Below, in pieces: positions 49,501-58,695 of a DNA stretch of 64,000 nt. A program made the position numbers and the translations under genes. Origin of the DNA: Syntrophaceae bacterium. GTDB lineage: Bacteria > Desulfobacterota > BSN033 > UBA1163. The DNA lies in NCBI GenBank assembly GCA_013388635.1, contig JACAEX010000020.1, positions 5,826 through 69,825 of the forward strand. The letters run 5' to 3'. Each line of letters starts with the position of its first letter. Position 1 is the stretch's first letter. The notes beneath the pieces are model-generated. The model was not told the origin of the DNA and did not search any database. It saw only the letters and a program-made list of their open reading frames with translations.

Positions 49501-51405
49501 TCAATTCGGCCTCGTATGACTTAATAGCTCCTTCACCGCTTCTCTGATCTCATCGTCTTCTGTCTGATCGAGGACGATCTTATATGACTTTTTGGCCTCC
49601 TCATACCTTCCCCTCTTTTTCTGGAGATTACCGATCTCCATATAGGTCAAGGAGAACCATATCGATGTCTCCTTTAAATACCTGGCAGCATTTTCAAAGC
49701 TCACAAGTGCCTTCTCGTATTTACCCTGCTGGTAGAAAATTTCGCCCAGGGCGAAAGCGGCTTGACCAAGCAACTCCAGCCCATTGCCTTTCAGGACCAT
49801 GGAGTAGAAGGAGATCGCCTCCACCAAATTTCTTCTCCTGAAATGGGCATTCCCCAATTGAAATGCGGCGTAATAGAAGAGTGGGTGGCCGGGGAAATCA
49901 CGGATGACCCTCTGCAAGGCAGTCTCAGCCCTCTCATGCTCATCGCGGAAATGATAAATTTGACTGGCTTGCATGAGTGCAAAGAGCTGCCAGTGGCTAG
50001 TCCGGCTCCGTTTGGCGATGAGATCGTAGCTCTCCAGGGCCTGTTCCAGATTTCCAAGTCTGAGGAGGCACTCCGCTTTCATGAATAGGGACTCGTCACT
50101 GAATGAGGAGTTAGGAAATTCAAGCAAAAGTATATCCAAGTTGGTCATCGCCTCTCTGAATTTGTTTTCAAGAAAATATCCTTTCCCGATCTGGAAGAGG
50201 GCCTTTTCTCTGAATTTGGTATCGAGAACCGTGAAATAATAGGGGAGCGAATCCGTTATTCTACCCTCTGAGAAAATCACCTGCGCGTTTAACCATTGGA
50301 TGAATATCTTTTCTTCTTCATAAGAGCCCAGTTTCTGAAGCCTCTGAAAGACCCGATTGGCCCCTTCTCTATCGCCCAAATGAATATAGTCCCAAAAAAG
50401 CGCGAGGGCCGTGATTCCGGCGAGGCGATTTGCTTTCGGCCCATCGAGAATGGGATTTAATTCTTTCACAGAAGAAGAATAATCGCCACGGATCAACTCT
50501 ATTTCTCCCAATAAATAATGGGCATGGGACATCAATGGAGAATCCTTAAACTCTTTTCGAAATGACTGAAAGATCTCGATCGATTCCTTAATATTTCCTA
50601 AACGATAGTTGCAGAAACCCAGCCTCCAGGAGACGGCCGAGACCAGCGGATCATCTTTAAATCGTTCATAAAATGTCCTGTAATGTTGTCGGGCCTCCTC
50701 AAACCTGCCCAGTTTCAGGTATGACTCTCCAAGCCAGAATAAAGCCTGCTTTGCGTATTCCTTCGGGATAGTTTCAGCCCCCCCCCATACCCCTCTAAAA
50801 CAGCTGAGGGCGGCCTCGTACTCTTTCTTCTTCAATGAGAGAACCCCGAGCCAGAAGACGGAGCGGCGGATGAATTGGTCATTTTTCGAGAGGAGCGAAA
50901 CCTTTCTAAAAGAAGATTCAGCCTCAGCAAATCTACTCGATCCGAGCTCAAGAAGCCCCAGTAAGTAGTAGGAGTAGTCGATCCAATCAAACCTTGGGAA
51001 TTCCTTGATCGCGAGATGAAGGAGTCTTCTCGCCTGCTCTCCATTGCCCAAACTCATCTCGATCGTCGCCAGCCAGAAAAGGGCATAGTCCATCTGCTCA
51101 AAGTTCTTACCTTCATGGACAATTCTTGAAAAGACCAGTCTGGCCTCTCTCAGCTTCCGCTTATTCATCAGTGTTTTACCCAAAAGGTAAGAGACGTCCC
51201 ATACCTTTTTATGATTCGGATAATCTCTGATAAATTGTGAGAACTGCTTCTCCGAAATATCGTAGAAGCCATCGTGATAGGCTCCGATTCCAACCCTTAA
51301 CAGTTTCTCTTCCTCAGTGATGCCTTTTGAATACATTTTTGGAGGAGCCAAGATCCCGAAAACCAAAAGCCCAACAATCCCATATAGAATGGTCTTCTTT
51401 TTCAT
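49501..51405 (-). CDS. Secreted TPR-repeat protein (634 aa)
   Basis: Signal peptide plus more than 10 TPR-like repeats. Confidence 0.65.
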   Translation of the reverse strand: MKKKTILYGIVGLLVFGILAPPKMYSKGITEEEKLLRVGIGAYHDGFYDISEKQFSQFIRDYPNHKKVWDVSYLLGKTLMNKRKLREARLVFSRIVHEGKNFEQMDYALFWLATIEMSLGNGEQARRLLHLAIKEFPRFDWIDYSYYLLGLLELGSSRFAEAESSFRKVSLLSKNDQFIRRSVFWLGVLSLKKKEYEAALSCFRGVWGGAETIPKEYAKQALFWLGESYLKLGRFEEARQHYRTFYERFKDDPLVSAVSWRLGFCNYRLGNIKESIEIFQSFRKEFKDSPLMSHAHYLLGEIELIRGDYSSSVKELNPILDGPKANRLAGITALALFWDYIHLGDREGANRVFQRLQKLGSYEEEKIFIQWLNAQVIFSEGRITDSLPYYFTVLDTKFREKALFQIGKGYFLENKFREAMTNLDILLLEFPNSSFSDESLFMKAECLLRLGNLEQALESYDLIAKRSRTSHWQLFALMQASQIYHFRDEHERAETALQRVIRDFPGHPLFYYAAFQLGNAHFRRRNLVEAISFYSMVLKGNGLELLGQAAFALGEIFYQQGKYEKALVSFENAARYLKETSIWFSLTYMEIGNLQKKRGRYEEAKKSYKIVLDQTEDDEIREAVKELLSHTRPN

Positions 51406-51406
51406 C

Positions 51407-52003
51407 TCAATGAGGTTCGGTTCTTTTCTTCAGTCGGTCAAGCTCTTCGGGTGTATTCACATTGATAAAAGACTCTTTCCTTGGATCTAAAGAGAGAAAC
51501 TGCTGTTCTTCAATCACCCTGACCTTTACCATCGGATAGAGGTCAATGATCTTGGACCTTCCTTGCTCGATGATCTTTTTCATCGGCTCTAAGCAGTTCT
51601 TAGAGTAGATCGCGTGCAGGGGCTCAAGGCCATCACTGGTTCGAGGGACGACAACATCGTGGCCATCGATATTGTCAATGAGATAAGTGATCACAGATTC
51701 CTTGAGGAAAGGCATGTCGCAGGCAACGCAGAATGAGAAAAAAAACGATGAAAAAAAAAGTCCGGTGTAGAGCCCAGCCAGAGCGCCGCGATTCGGGATG
51801 AGGTCAGCATAAACCTTGGCATTCAAATTCGAATATGGCTCGCCTTCATCTGCAACGATTATGACTTCTCGGAAGAGCCTTTCAAATAGGGCATGAATTC
51901 TTTGGATGATCGGTACTCCATCGATCGGGATAAGGGCCTTGTTTTGTCCCATTCGGGTGTTTTTGCCGCCCGAAAGGATGATCCCCGTGATATTCCTCGT
52001 CAT
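51407..52003 (-). CDS. mobA: Molybdenum cofactor guanylyltransferase MobA
   Basis: N-terminal ITGIILSGGKNTRMG motif. Confidence 0.75.
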   Translation of the reverse strand: MTRNITGIILSGGKNTRMGQNKALIPIDGVPIIQRIHALFERLFREVIIVADEGEPYSNLNAKVYADLIPNRGALAGLYTGLFFSSFFFSFCVACDMPFLKESVITYLIDNIDGHDVVVPRTSDGLEPLHAIYSKNCLEPMKKIIEQGRSKIIDLYPMVKVRVIEEQQFLSLDPRKESFINVNTPEELDRLKKRTEPH

Positions 52004-52041
52004 AGGTATTGTCTGATAAGATATATTATGTTAACTTCAGT

Positions 52042-53148
52042 CTATTTCTCCGCCCGGAAGAACCTTTTCCACCCCTCACCCTCCTTCTCCTTCTTCATAC
52101 TTATCTCTTCGAACTCCCGGAGGATCTCCTCTTGCCTTTTTGTCAAATTCTTAGGCGTTTTCACAATAACCTGGACCACCTGATCTCCTCGACCCGATCC
52201 TTTAAGCCTTGGAAAGCCTTCTCCCTTGATCTTAAACACATCGCCAGTTTCAGTACCTCTCGGGATGGTTAGAGTTCGTTTTCCATTCAAGGTTGGTACC
52301 TCTATTTCGGCTCCGAGCGCGGCTTGGGTAAAAGCAATCGGAACCTGACAGACAATATCGTCTCCATCCCTTGAGAAGAAGTCGTGAGGTTCAACATAAA
52401 GAAAGACGAAGAGGTCACCCGGCGGTCCGCCTCGCTCGCCCTCCTCTCCCTCTCCCCGAATTCTCAATTTTGAGCCTGTGTCAACTCCCGGGGGTATCTT
52501 TAATTGGATCTTCCGTTTTGTCTTCACCTTGCCCACGCCGCGACACTCTTTGCAGGGATGCGAGATCACCCTTCCTTCACCGCGGCAGTGGCCGCACGTG
52601 GTGCTGATCGTAAAAAAGCCCTGTGATCGGGTGACCTGACCTGTCCCCCTGCAGGCTGGACAGGTTGTCGGTTGTGTTCCTGGTTTAGCGCCTGTTCCAT
52701 TGCAGACCTCACAGGACACTGTCTTGGGAATCTCAATCTCAGTGTCTTTCCCGAACGCAGCGTCATAAAAAGAGATTGTTAGATCATATCTCAGGTCAGC
52801 ACCAGGACGTGCCCTTGTCCTTCGTCTGGAGTAAGTGGTCCCGAATCCAAAAAAGTCCTCGAATATATCTCCAAAGGCTGAAAAGATGTCATCAAATCCT
52901 CTAAAACCCGTAAAGCCGGTGCCCTTCAGACCTTCAATCCCGTAATGGTCGTAGATCCGCCTTTTTTCCGGGTCCCTGAGCACTTCGTACGCCTCTGAAG
53001 CCAGCTTAAATTTTTCCTCGGCATCCTTGTCCCCCGGATTCCTATCCGGGTGGTATTGCATTGCAATCCTCCGATAGCTCCTCTTAATCTCTTCTTCAGA
53101 GGCATCCCTTGAGACACCGAGAATCCTGTAGTAGTCTTTATCTTCCAT
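52042..53148 (-). CDS. dnaJ: Chaperone DnaJ
   Basis: J domain DYYRILGV...HPD, four CxxCxGxG zinc-finger repeats; start at ATG 53148. Confidence 0.85.
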   Translation of the reverse strand: MEDKDYYRILGVSRDASEEEIKRSYRRIAMQYHPDRNPGDKDAEEKFKLASEAYEVLRDPEKRRIYDHYGIEGLKGTGFTGFRGFDDIFSAFGDIFEDFFGFGTTYSRRRTRARPGADLRYDLTISFYDAAFGKDTEIEIPKTVSCEVCNGTGAKPGTQPTTCPACRGTGQVTRSQGFFTISTTCGHCRGEGRVISHPCKECRGVGKVKTKRKIQLKIPPGVDTGSKLRIRGEGEEGERGGPPGDLFVFLYVEPHDFFSRDGDDIVCQVPIAFTQAALGAEIEVPTLNGKRTLTIPRGTETGDVFKIKGEGFPRLKGSGRGDQVVQVIVKTPKNLTKRQEEILREFEEISMKKEKEGEGWKRFFRAEK

Positions 53149-53299
53149 AGACGCCGCTAAAACCTGACAAAAAAGATAAGGGGCTCGGGAGATAGGGATA
53201 AACAAATCTTTTTTCCTCTTCACCCCATCTCCGATGCTCCTCATGCGAACTCGCAAGAGGGGCTTCGTAAGCTAAACTCAATTGCGAAACCATTTGAAC

Positions 53300-53638
53300 C
53301 TACTTGTTGTATTCCTCAAGGATCTTTCCTGTCCTGCCTTTCTCCACGATCTCATCTAACTTGGGGCCCAGGTCTATACCCATCTCCCTCATCCTCTTTT
53401 TGGCCCAGAGCCCCACATTTCTTGAGTCTCTGTAGAAATCTTCTCCCCTTGGCTTTGACGTATCGAAGTTGGCCAAACGGGATTCTTCTGTCTGATGAAC
53501 ACGGAAAGAAGATAATAATTTCGTAAGGTTAGAGCTATTACAGAATTTACATTTGACTTCTTTAACCTGCCTGATACTGAGAAACAACTCGCTGAATTCC
53601 CGGCCGCATTGATTGCATCGATACTCATAAATCGGCAT
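53300..53638 (-). CDS. FmdB-family zinc-ribbon regulatory protein
   Basis: MPIYEYRCNQCG...CKFCNS. Confidence 0.7.
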   Translation of the reverse strand: MPIYEYRCNQCGREFSELFLSIRQVKEVKCKFCNSSNLTKLLSSFRVHQTEESRLANFDTSKPRGEDFYRDSRNVGLWAKKRMREMGIDLGPKLDEIVEKGRTGKILEEYNK

Positions 53639-53781
53639 ACTTATTTCTCCCCTGGAATTCAGACACCGGACTTCAGACTTTAGACGCCAGACTTTTCAAT
53701 ATAGGAAATTAACCCTTGCAGTGTTCTCGAACCTTCTTGAGCTTTTGCCCATAATTCTTCATATATATGGATGTCTAAGTA

Positions 53782-54045
53782 TCAGAATTCCTTTGTAAAT
53801 CTGATGTAGTAATTCAATTCTGCTAACGATGACATAGCAATATATAAAAATTGTAAGTATTCATTCCTATTCTTCCTGGCTGAGCCCTCCACGATATTTG
53901 CTGGCACTGATACAGCAGCTCTTCTCATCTGAGATGTCAAACCCCAAATTTCACTCTTTGGAAATTCTTTCGTAGCCTTGTATACCAAGAGTGCCAATTC
54001 ATCAGCTAATTTCCATGCCTTTATTTTTGTGTAATCTCTGGCCAT
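53782..54045 (-). CDS. Four-helix-bundle protein (23S rRNA IVS-protein-like family)
   Basis: MARDYTKIKAWKLADELALLVYKATKEFPKSE...ANIVEG family pattern. Confidence 0.6.
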   Translation of the reverse strand: MARDYTKIKAWKLADELALLVYKATKEFPKSEIWGLTSQMRRAAVSVPANIVEGSARKNRNEYLQFLYIAMSSLAELNYYIRFTKEF

Positions 54046-54103
54046 TTCTTCCCCTTTAGTCCAATGTCTGAAGTCTATGGTCTAATGTCTGAATCACAGA
54101 TAG

Positions 54104-54385
54104 TTATTTCCCTTTCCCCTTTGACCTCTTCTTCGCCCCCTTCTTTTTTCCCTCTGATTGTTCTTCTTTTTTTGATTCCCCCTCCTCGACGTTAACCATT
54201 AACTCTTCACCCGGATTGTACAGCTTATCACTTACATCCGGCAACTTGGAAAGATAGGTCTCGTAATCCTTTTGAGTGATGATTCCCATTTTGATATTTC
54301 TCTCAATATTTCTCTTATCAAATTTCTTTCCTTCGTCGGTATGCATAGCAATCTCCTTGGCGCATATCATAAAAAGAGATAGCAT
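54104..54385 (-). CDS. Small hypothetical protein with Lys-rich C-terminus
   Basis: ORF only; C-terminal KKKGAKKRSKGKGK. Confidence 0.3.
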   Translation of the reverse strand: MLSLFMICAKEIAMHTDEGKKFDKRNIERNIKMGIITQKDYETYLSKLPDVSDKLYNPGEELMVNVEEGESKKEEQSEGKKKGAKKRSKGKGK

Positions 54386-54470
54386 AAAACAGAGAGTCCT
54401 TCAAGATGTTTTGTAACCTACTAAAATAAAAAGAAAATTCATTTTAGTAGAATTTCTTTGTACAAAATTG

Positions 54471-54498
54471 TTGACACAATTTAAAAATATTTATAATA
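54471..54498 (+). promoter_or_regulatory. Sigma-70-like promoter TTGACA-N16-TATAAT preceded by conserved TGTACAAAATTGT box
   Basis: Consensus hexamers; same module repeated at 55128-55166. Confidence 0.5.
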
Positions 54499-54623
54499 AT
54501 GGCATTACTTATTTCTGTAACCCCTTCTGTTCCCCCCTTTATAACTCCCCCTTCTCCCTCTTAATTTAAGAGGGGGAGAGTGGAGGGGGCGTTAGATTGG
54601 GGGATGAAAGGGCTTAATATTGC

Positions 54624-55056
54624 TTGATCGGAGACCTTGCGGTGAATGCTTATGTTGAATCTGTCGTGAGTCTGGATTTAGATATTGTAGCTGCTGTGGA
54701 GAGAATTGGGGCGATTTGCAAGGCGGCCAGAGAAAAGGGGTTGAGGGTTGAAGAGTTCGAGCGTAGCGTGAACATTACCAGCGAGAGTTCTGACCTTCGG
54801 ATCCAACTTCAGATCGACCTGCGCTACCAGACGTTTATTTCAATGGCTGAAGACAGGGAAGTACCGGGATATAAGATGAAAGTGGCCCCCCCTTAAAGAC
54901 GTATTGGAGGACAATATATGGGCCTATATGGATAAGACGAGGCGAAGAAGCAAGCGGCAGAAAGACTTGGCTGATATTTTACGGATCATAGAGGCGTATC
55001 CAGAACTTAAGGGATCACTCCCACAAAGCCTTCAGGAGGAACTGGATAGAAAATAG
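54624..55056 (+). pseudogene. Hypothetical gene interrupted by a +1 frameshift within a C7 homopolymer (54886-54892); removal of one C fuses 54624-54896 to the frame ending at 55056
   Basis: Two consecutive open frames that fuse if the C7 run is read as C6; TTG start. Confidence 0.35.
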
Positions 55057-55127
55057 GACTTGAGCGAGAACTCAAGGGTGGGAAAACCTGCTTGGTTTAA
55101 GGGCAGGACATTGTACCTGACATTGCG

Positions 55128-55166
55128 TGTACAAAATTGTTGACATATTTTTTAATTCTCTATAAT
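55128..55166 (+). promoter_or_regulatory. Second copy of TGTACAAAATTGTTGACA...TATAAT promoter module upstream of KAS gene
   Basis: 18-mer identical to 54459-54476 followed by TATAAT. Confidence 0.5.
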
Positions 55167-55254
55167 AATTAACGTCAACCATTGCCCAGGTTTCGATGAT
55201 AATGGGTAAAAAGGCTGTATTCATTTGGACTTAGTGAAAAGAGTGTGTAGGCCA

Positions 55255-56493
55255 ATGGAAACAAGAAGAGTGGTTATAACGGGGATGGGGGTTGTTGCCC
55301 CCAATGGTATTGGAATAGAAAATTTTTGGGATTCTTTAGTCAACGGACGATCTGGAATTCGAAGAATTACCCGTTTTGATCCCTCCTCCTATTCTTCACA
55401 AATTGCAGGAGAAGTGCAAGATTTTGACCCAACTAATTATATGGAACCAAAAACCGCAAAGAGATTGAGCAGGTTCGCTCAATTTGCATTAGCCGCTGCT
55501 CGAATGGCGGTGGGGGATTCTGATATTATTCTTGATCAAGAAGATCCTTATAACGTTGGAGTTTTTGTTGGAACTGCAATTGGCGGGTTGGATATTTTTG
55601 AGACTCAGCATTCTATTTTCATGGAAAAGGGCGTAAAGAGAATTAACCCGTTTTCAATGGTTTCGTGTTCAACCCATTCCGCAAGTGCAGTTATTGCTTG
55701 TGAGCTTAGTCTAAGAGGAATCAATACGACCATTTCTTCAGGGTGTAATACGGGATTGGATACAGTCTATTCAGCTTTTAACTCAATCCGTGTTGGAGAT
55801 GCAGATATAATCGTTGTTAGTGCGGGGGAGGCCCCTCTTACCCCTCTTATCCATGGGATATTTTGTGCCACCGGGTATATATCACGCCGAAACGGAGAAC
55901 CCCAAAAGGCTTTAAGACCATACGATTCAGATGCTGATGGAATAGTCTTAGGTGAAGGTGGTGCCTGTGTTATCATAGAGGAACTTAATCACGCAATAAA
56001 AAGAAATGCAAAAATTTATGCTGAGATAATAAGCTATTCTGCCTTGAACGAAGCATTCGATCTTTTGGAGGTCGATAATAATGAAGAAACAATGGCTTTG
56101 AATTTGAGAAGGCTTTTGGAAAAGGGGCGCATTGATACTGCCGAGATTGATTATATCAGTGCCCACGGAAACGGCATAGTTTCTTATGATATTATAGAGA
56201 CCAATGCCATTAAGCGAGTGTTCGGAAATTTAGCATACAACATTCCGGTCACATCGATAAAACCTGTTACTAGCCACTCAATTTCAGCTACAGGCATATG
56301 GCAGATTATTACCTCTCTTTTGGCAATGAAAACTAGCACTATTCCCCCTACTATTAATATTTTGAATCCCAATCCCAAGTGTGATCTTAACTATTTGCCG
56401 AATGGTTTTCTAAGAAAAGAGGTTCGAACTGCAATTATCAATACACATGGATTTGGCGGCAGGTTAACAGCAATTGCCCTAAAAAAATTTTAG
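55255..56493 (+). CDS. Beta-ketoacyl-ACP synthase (KAS I/II, FabF-like)
   Basis: METRRVVITGMGVVAPNGIG, active-site region SSGCNTGLD, C-terminal NTHGFGG. Confidence 0.8.
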   Translation: METRRVVITGMGVVAPNGIGIENFWDSLVNGRSGIRRITRFDPSSYSSQIAGEVQDFDPTNYMEPKTAKRLSRFAQFALAAARMAVGDSDIILDQEDPYNVGVFVGTAIGGLDIFETQHSIFMEKGVKRINPFSMVSCSTHSASAVIACELSLRGINTTISSGCNTGLDTVYSAFNSIRVGDADIIVVSAGEAPLTPLIHGIFCATGYISRRNGEPQKALRPYDSDADGIVLGEGGACVIIEELNHAIKRNAKIYAEIISYSALNEAFDLLEVDNNEETMALNLRRLLEKGRIDTAEIDYISAHGNGIVSYDIIETNAIKRVFGNLAYNIPVTSIKPVTSHSISATGIWQIITSLLAMKTSTIPPTINILNPNPKCDLNYLPNGFLRKEVRTAIINTHGFGGRLTAIALKKF

Positions 56494-56517
56494 CTGACGT
56501 ATCCCAGTCCCCTGATA

Positions 56518-58695
56518 ATGATCAACCTGAGTATCACAAACATTGTTTTATGGGTAGCGTTTTTATTAAATTTGGCCTTGGGCTTCTTGGTCTATCTAAA
56601 AGAACCCAAGAGAAGTGTTAATATTTCCTTTTCCATATGCACTTGGGCATTATCGGGCTGGATATTAGGTGTGTCAATGTTTTTTCTATTTAAAGACCCC
56701 ACGCCCAGGTTATTTTGGGCTAGGATGACTTTTTTCTCAGCAAGTATTATTCCTTCTGCCTTTTTCTATTTTTCGTTAATTTTCCCACAAGAAAAACGTA
56801 CCATTACCCCGTCAAAGATATTACTTATTTTTTCCCCAGCCTTAATGTTCGCTATCGCCTCTTTGACAAAATTGATGGTTCATTCTGCTCGTTGGGATAC
56901 TTTGACTATGAATTATGGTGTGGCTCATAAGTTTTTTTCAGTTTATTTGCTTGCAGGGATGTTCGGAGGAATTTTCTTTCTTATAAAGTCGTATAGAAAT
57001 TCAGTAGGGTTGAAACGTATTCAGATTAAGTATTGTTTGTCAGGGTTGCTTATAATGACTATTTTTGGCATTAGTTTTAATCTTATCATTCCCATGATTA
57101 GCTCATCGCGGTTCAGTTATTTAGGGCCTGTTTCGTCAATCATCATGGTGAGCTTTATTAGCTATGCAATTGTTAGACACCGGTTGATGGACATTAATAT
57201 CGTCTTTAAAAAAGGGACGACTTATGTTCTTTTGATATTGCTCTTTTTAGTGCCCTCTGCCATATTGATCGTGATCTTTCAAAAGCTCTTTTTTAAAGAG
57301 ATTAACTATCTTTTTTCTGTCATCATTTTATCGCTCCTCTTTGTGGTTGCTCGCTTGTTTCACGAAATCAAACCAGGTGCAGAAAAGGCAGTGGAGTATG
57401 TTCTCTTTAGAAATAAATACGACTATCGGGAGACCCTGGGAAAATTCGGCAGGGCCATGGTCTCCATCCTCGATTTGCAATCTCTGTCCCGGAGGATTAT
57501 TGATACGATCGCCCAGACGATGGGGGTTGAGAAGGCATCGCTATTCCTGTTGAATGAAGAAAAGGGAGGGTTCGTTCTAAAGGAATCGAGAAACGTGGAG
57601 ATGGAGCTACCCACTCCAATGCTTCAAAAGGGAGACCCCCTGCCCCATTATTTACAGAGGATCGAGGAAATCATAGTCAGGGAAGAGCTGATGAAGGGAG
57701 CACATATCCCCGAATTAAAGAAGGTGGTTGACCAGATGTCTCTTTTAGAAGCAGAGGTCAGCATCCCCCTGCTTTCAAAAGGCCGTTTGATCGGGTTCAT
57801 TAACCTGAGTCATAAATTCAATAAGGACATCTATTCGCACGAAGATATTGAGTTGCTGACCACACTGGCCTTTCAGACCTCAATCGCAATCGAGAACGCA
57901 AGGCTCTATGAGGATTTGAAAAAATCGAAATCGTATATGCGCAGGGCGGACCGTCTGGCTTCTTTGGGAACCCTTGCGACCGGCCTGGCCCATGAGATCC
58001 GTAACCCGCTGGTCGCCATTAAGACCTTCACCCAATTGCTTCCGGACCGCCTCGATGACGAAGAGTTTAGAAACCATTTTCTTAACGTCGCCTCCTCAGA
58101 GGTCGATCGAATCTCATCGCTGATCACCGAACTTCTCGACTTCGCAAAACCATCCGAGCCAAAGCTCGAACTTGAAGATATCAACAGTATCTTAGATGGG
58201 ATGCTCCTTTTGATTTCGACTGAGACGAAGAAGAAGGAAATCAGTGTCGTTAAAAACTATACCCCAAACTTACCACTGGTCAAGGTTGACCGGGAACAGA
58301 TCAAACAGGTCTTCTTGAATATCTTGCTCAATGCCATCGACGCAACGCCCATAAAAGGTCGGATCAGCGTGACCACACGCTCGTTTATAAAGCCTCATGG
58401 GGAGCCCTATCTCCAGATCGAATTTACGGACACGGGATGTGGCATCCCACCAGAACATCTGGAGGAGATCTTCACCCCATTCTTTTCGACCAAGGATAAA
58501 GGAAGTGGATTGGGGTTAGCGATCTGCCATCAGATCATCCAGGACCATAATGGATATATTGATGTGGAGAGCGAGTTGAACAGAGGGACGTCTTTCTATA
58601 TCAATTTACCACTACAAGAGGCGTACACGAAAGAGAAAAAAGAAGACTTTATTAGAGAACACCGTGAAGGGTTCGATTCTGTTGAATCAGCATGA
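56518..58695 (+). CDS. Multi-TM (about 8 TM) - GAF - HisKA - HATPase sensor histidine kinase, PrsK-like architecture
   Basis: N-terminal 300 aa hydrophobic, GAF, H-box ATGLAHEIRNPLVAI, G-boxes DTGCGI/GSGLGLA. Confidence 0.75.
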   Translation: MINLSITNIVLWVAFLLNLALGFLVYLKEPKRSVNISFSICTWALSGWILGVSMFFLFKDPTPRLFWARMTFFSASIIPSAFFYFSLIFPQEKRTITPSKILLIFSPALMFAIASLTKLMVHSARWDTLTMNYGVAHKFFSVYLLAGMFGGIFFLIKSYRNSVGLKRIQIKYCLSGLLIMTIFGISFNLIIPMISSSRFSYLGPVSSIIMVSFISYAIVRHRLMDINIVFKKGTTYVLLILLFLVPSAILIVIFQKLFFKEINYLFSVIILSLLFVVARLFHEIKPGAEKAVEYVLFRNKYDYRETLGKFGRAMVSILDLQSLSRRIIDTIAQTMGVEKASLFLLNEEKGGFVLKESRNVEMELPTPMLQKGDPLPHYLQRIEEIIVREELMKGAHIPELKKVVDQMSLLEAEVSIPLLSKGRLIGFINLSHKFNKDIYSHEDIELLTTLAFQTSIAIENARLYEDLKKSKSYMRRADRLASLGTLATGLAHEIRNPLVAIKTFTQLLPDRLDDEEFRNHFLNVASSEVDRISSLITELLDFAKPSEPKLELEDINSILDGMLLLISTETKKKEISVVKNYTPNLPLVKVDREQIKQVFLNILLNAIDATPIKGRISVTTRSFIKPHGEPYLQIEFTDTGCGIPPEHLEEIFTPFFSTKDKGSGLGLAICHQIIQDHNGYIDVESELNRGTSFYINLPLQEAYTKEKKEDFIREHREGFDSVESA

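Noticed and set aside
53149-53299. Looked for CIRCE (TTAGCACTC-N9-GAGTGCTAA) or a sigma-32 promoter upstream of dnaJ
   Set aside because: No CIRCE match was found. The CCCCATCT found is on the wrong strand for dnaJ.
56518-58695. Assigning the window to a PEP-CTERM/exosortase system on the basis of the PrsK-like kinase
   Set aside because: No exosortase, PEP-CTERM C-terminal sorting signal or EpsI-like genes are visible. Only the architectural resemblance is noted.
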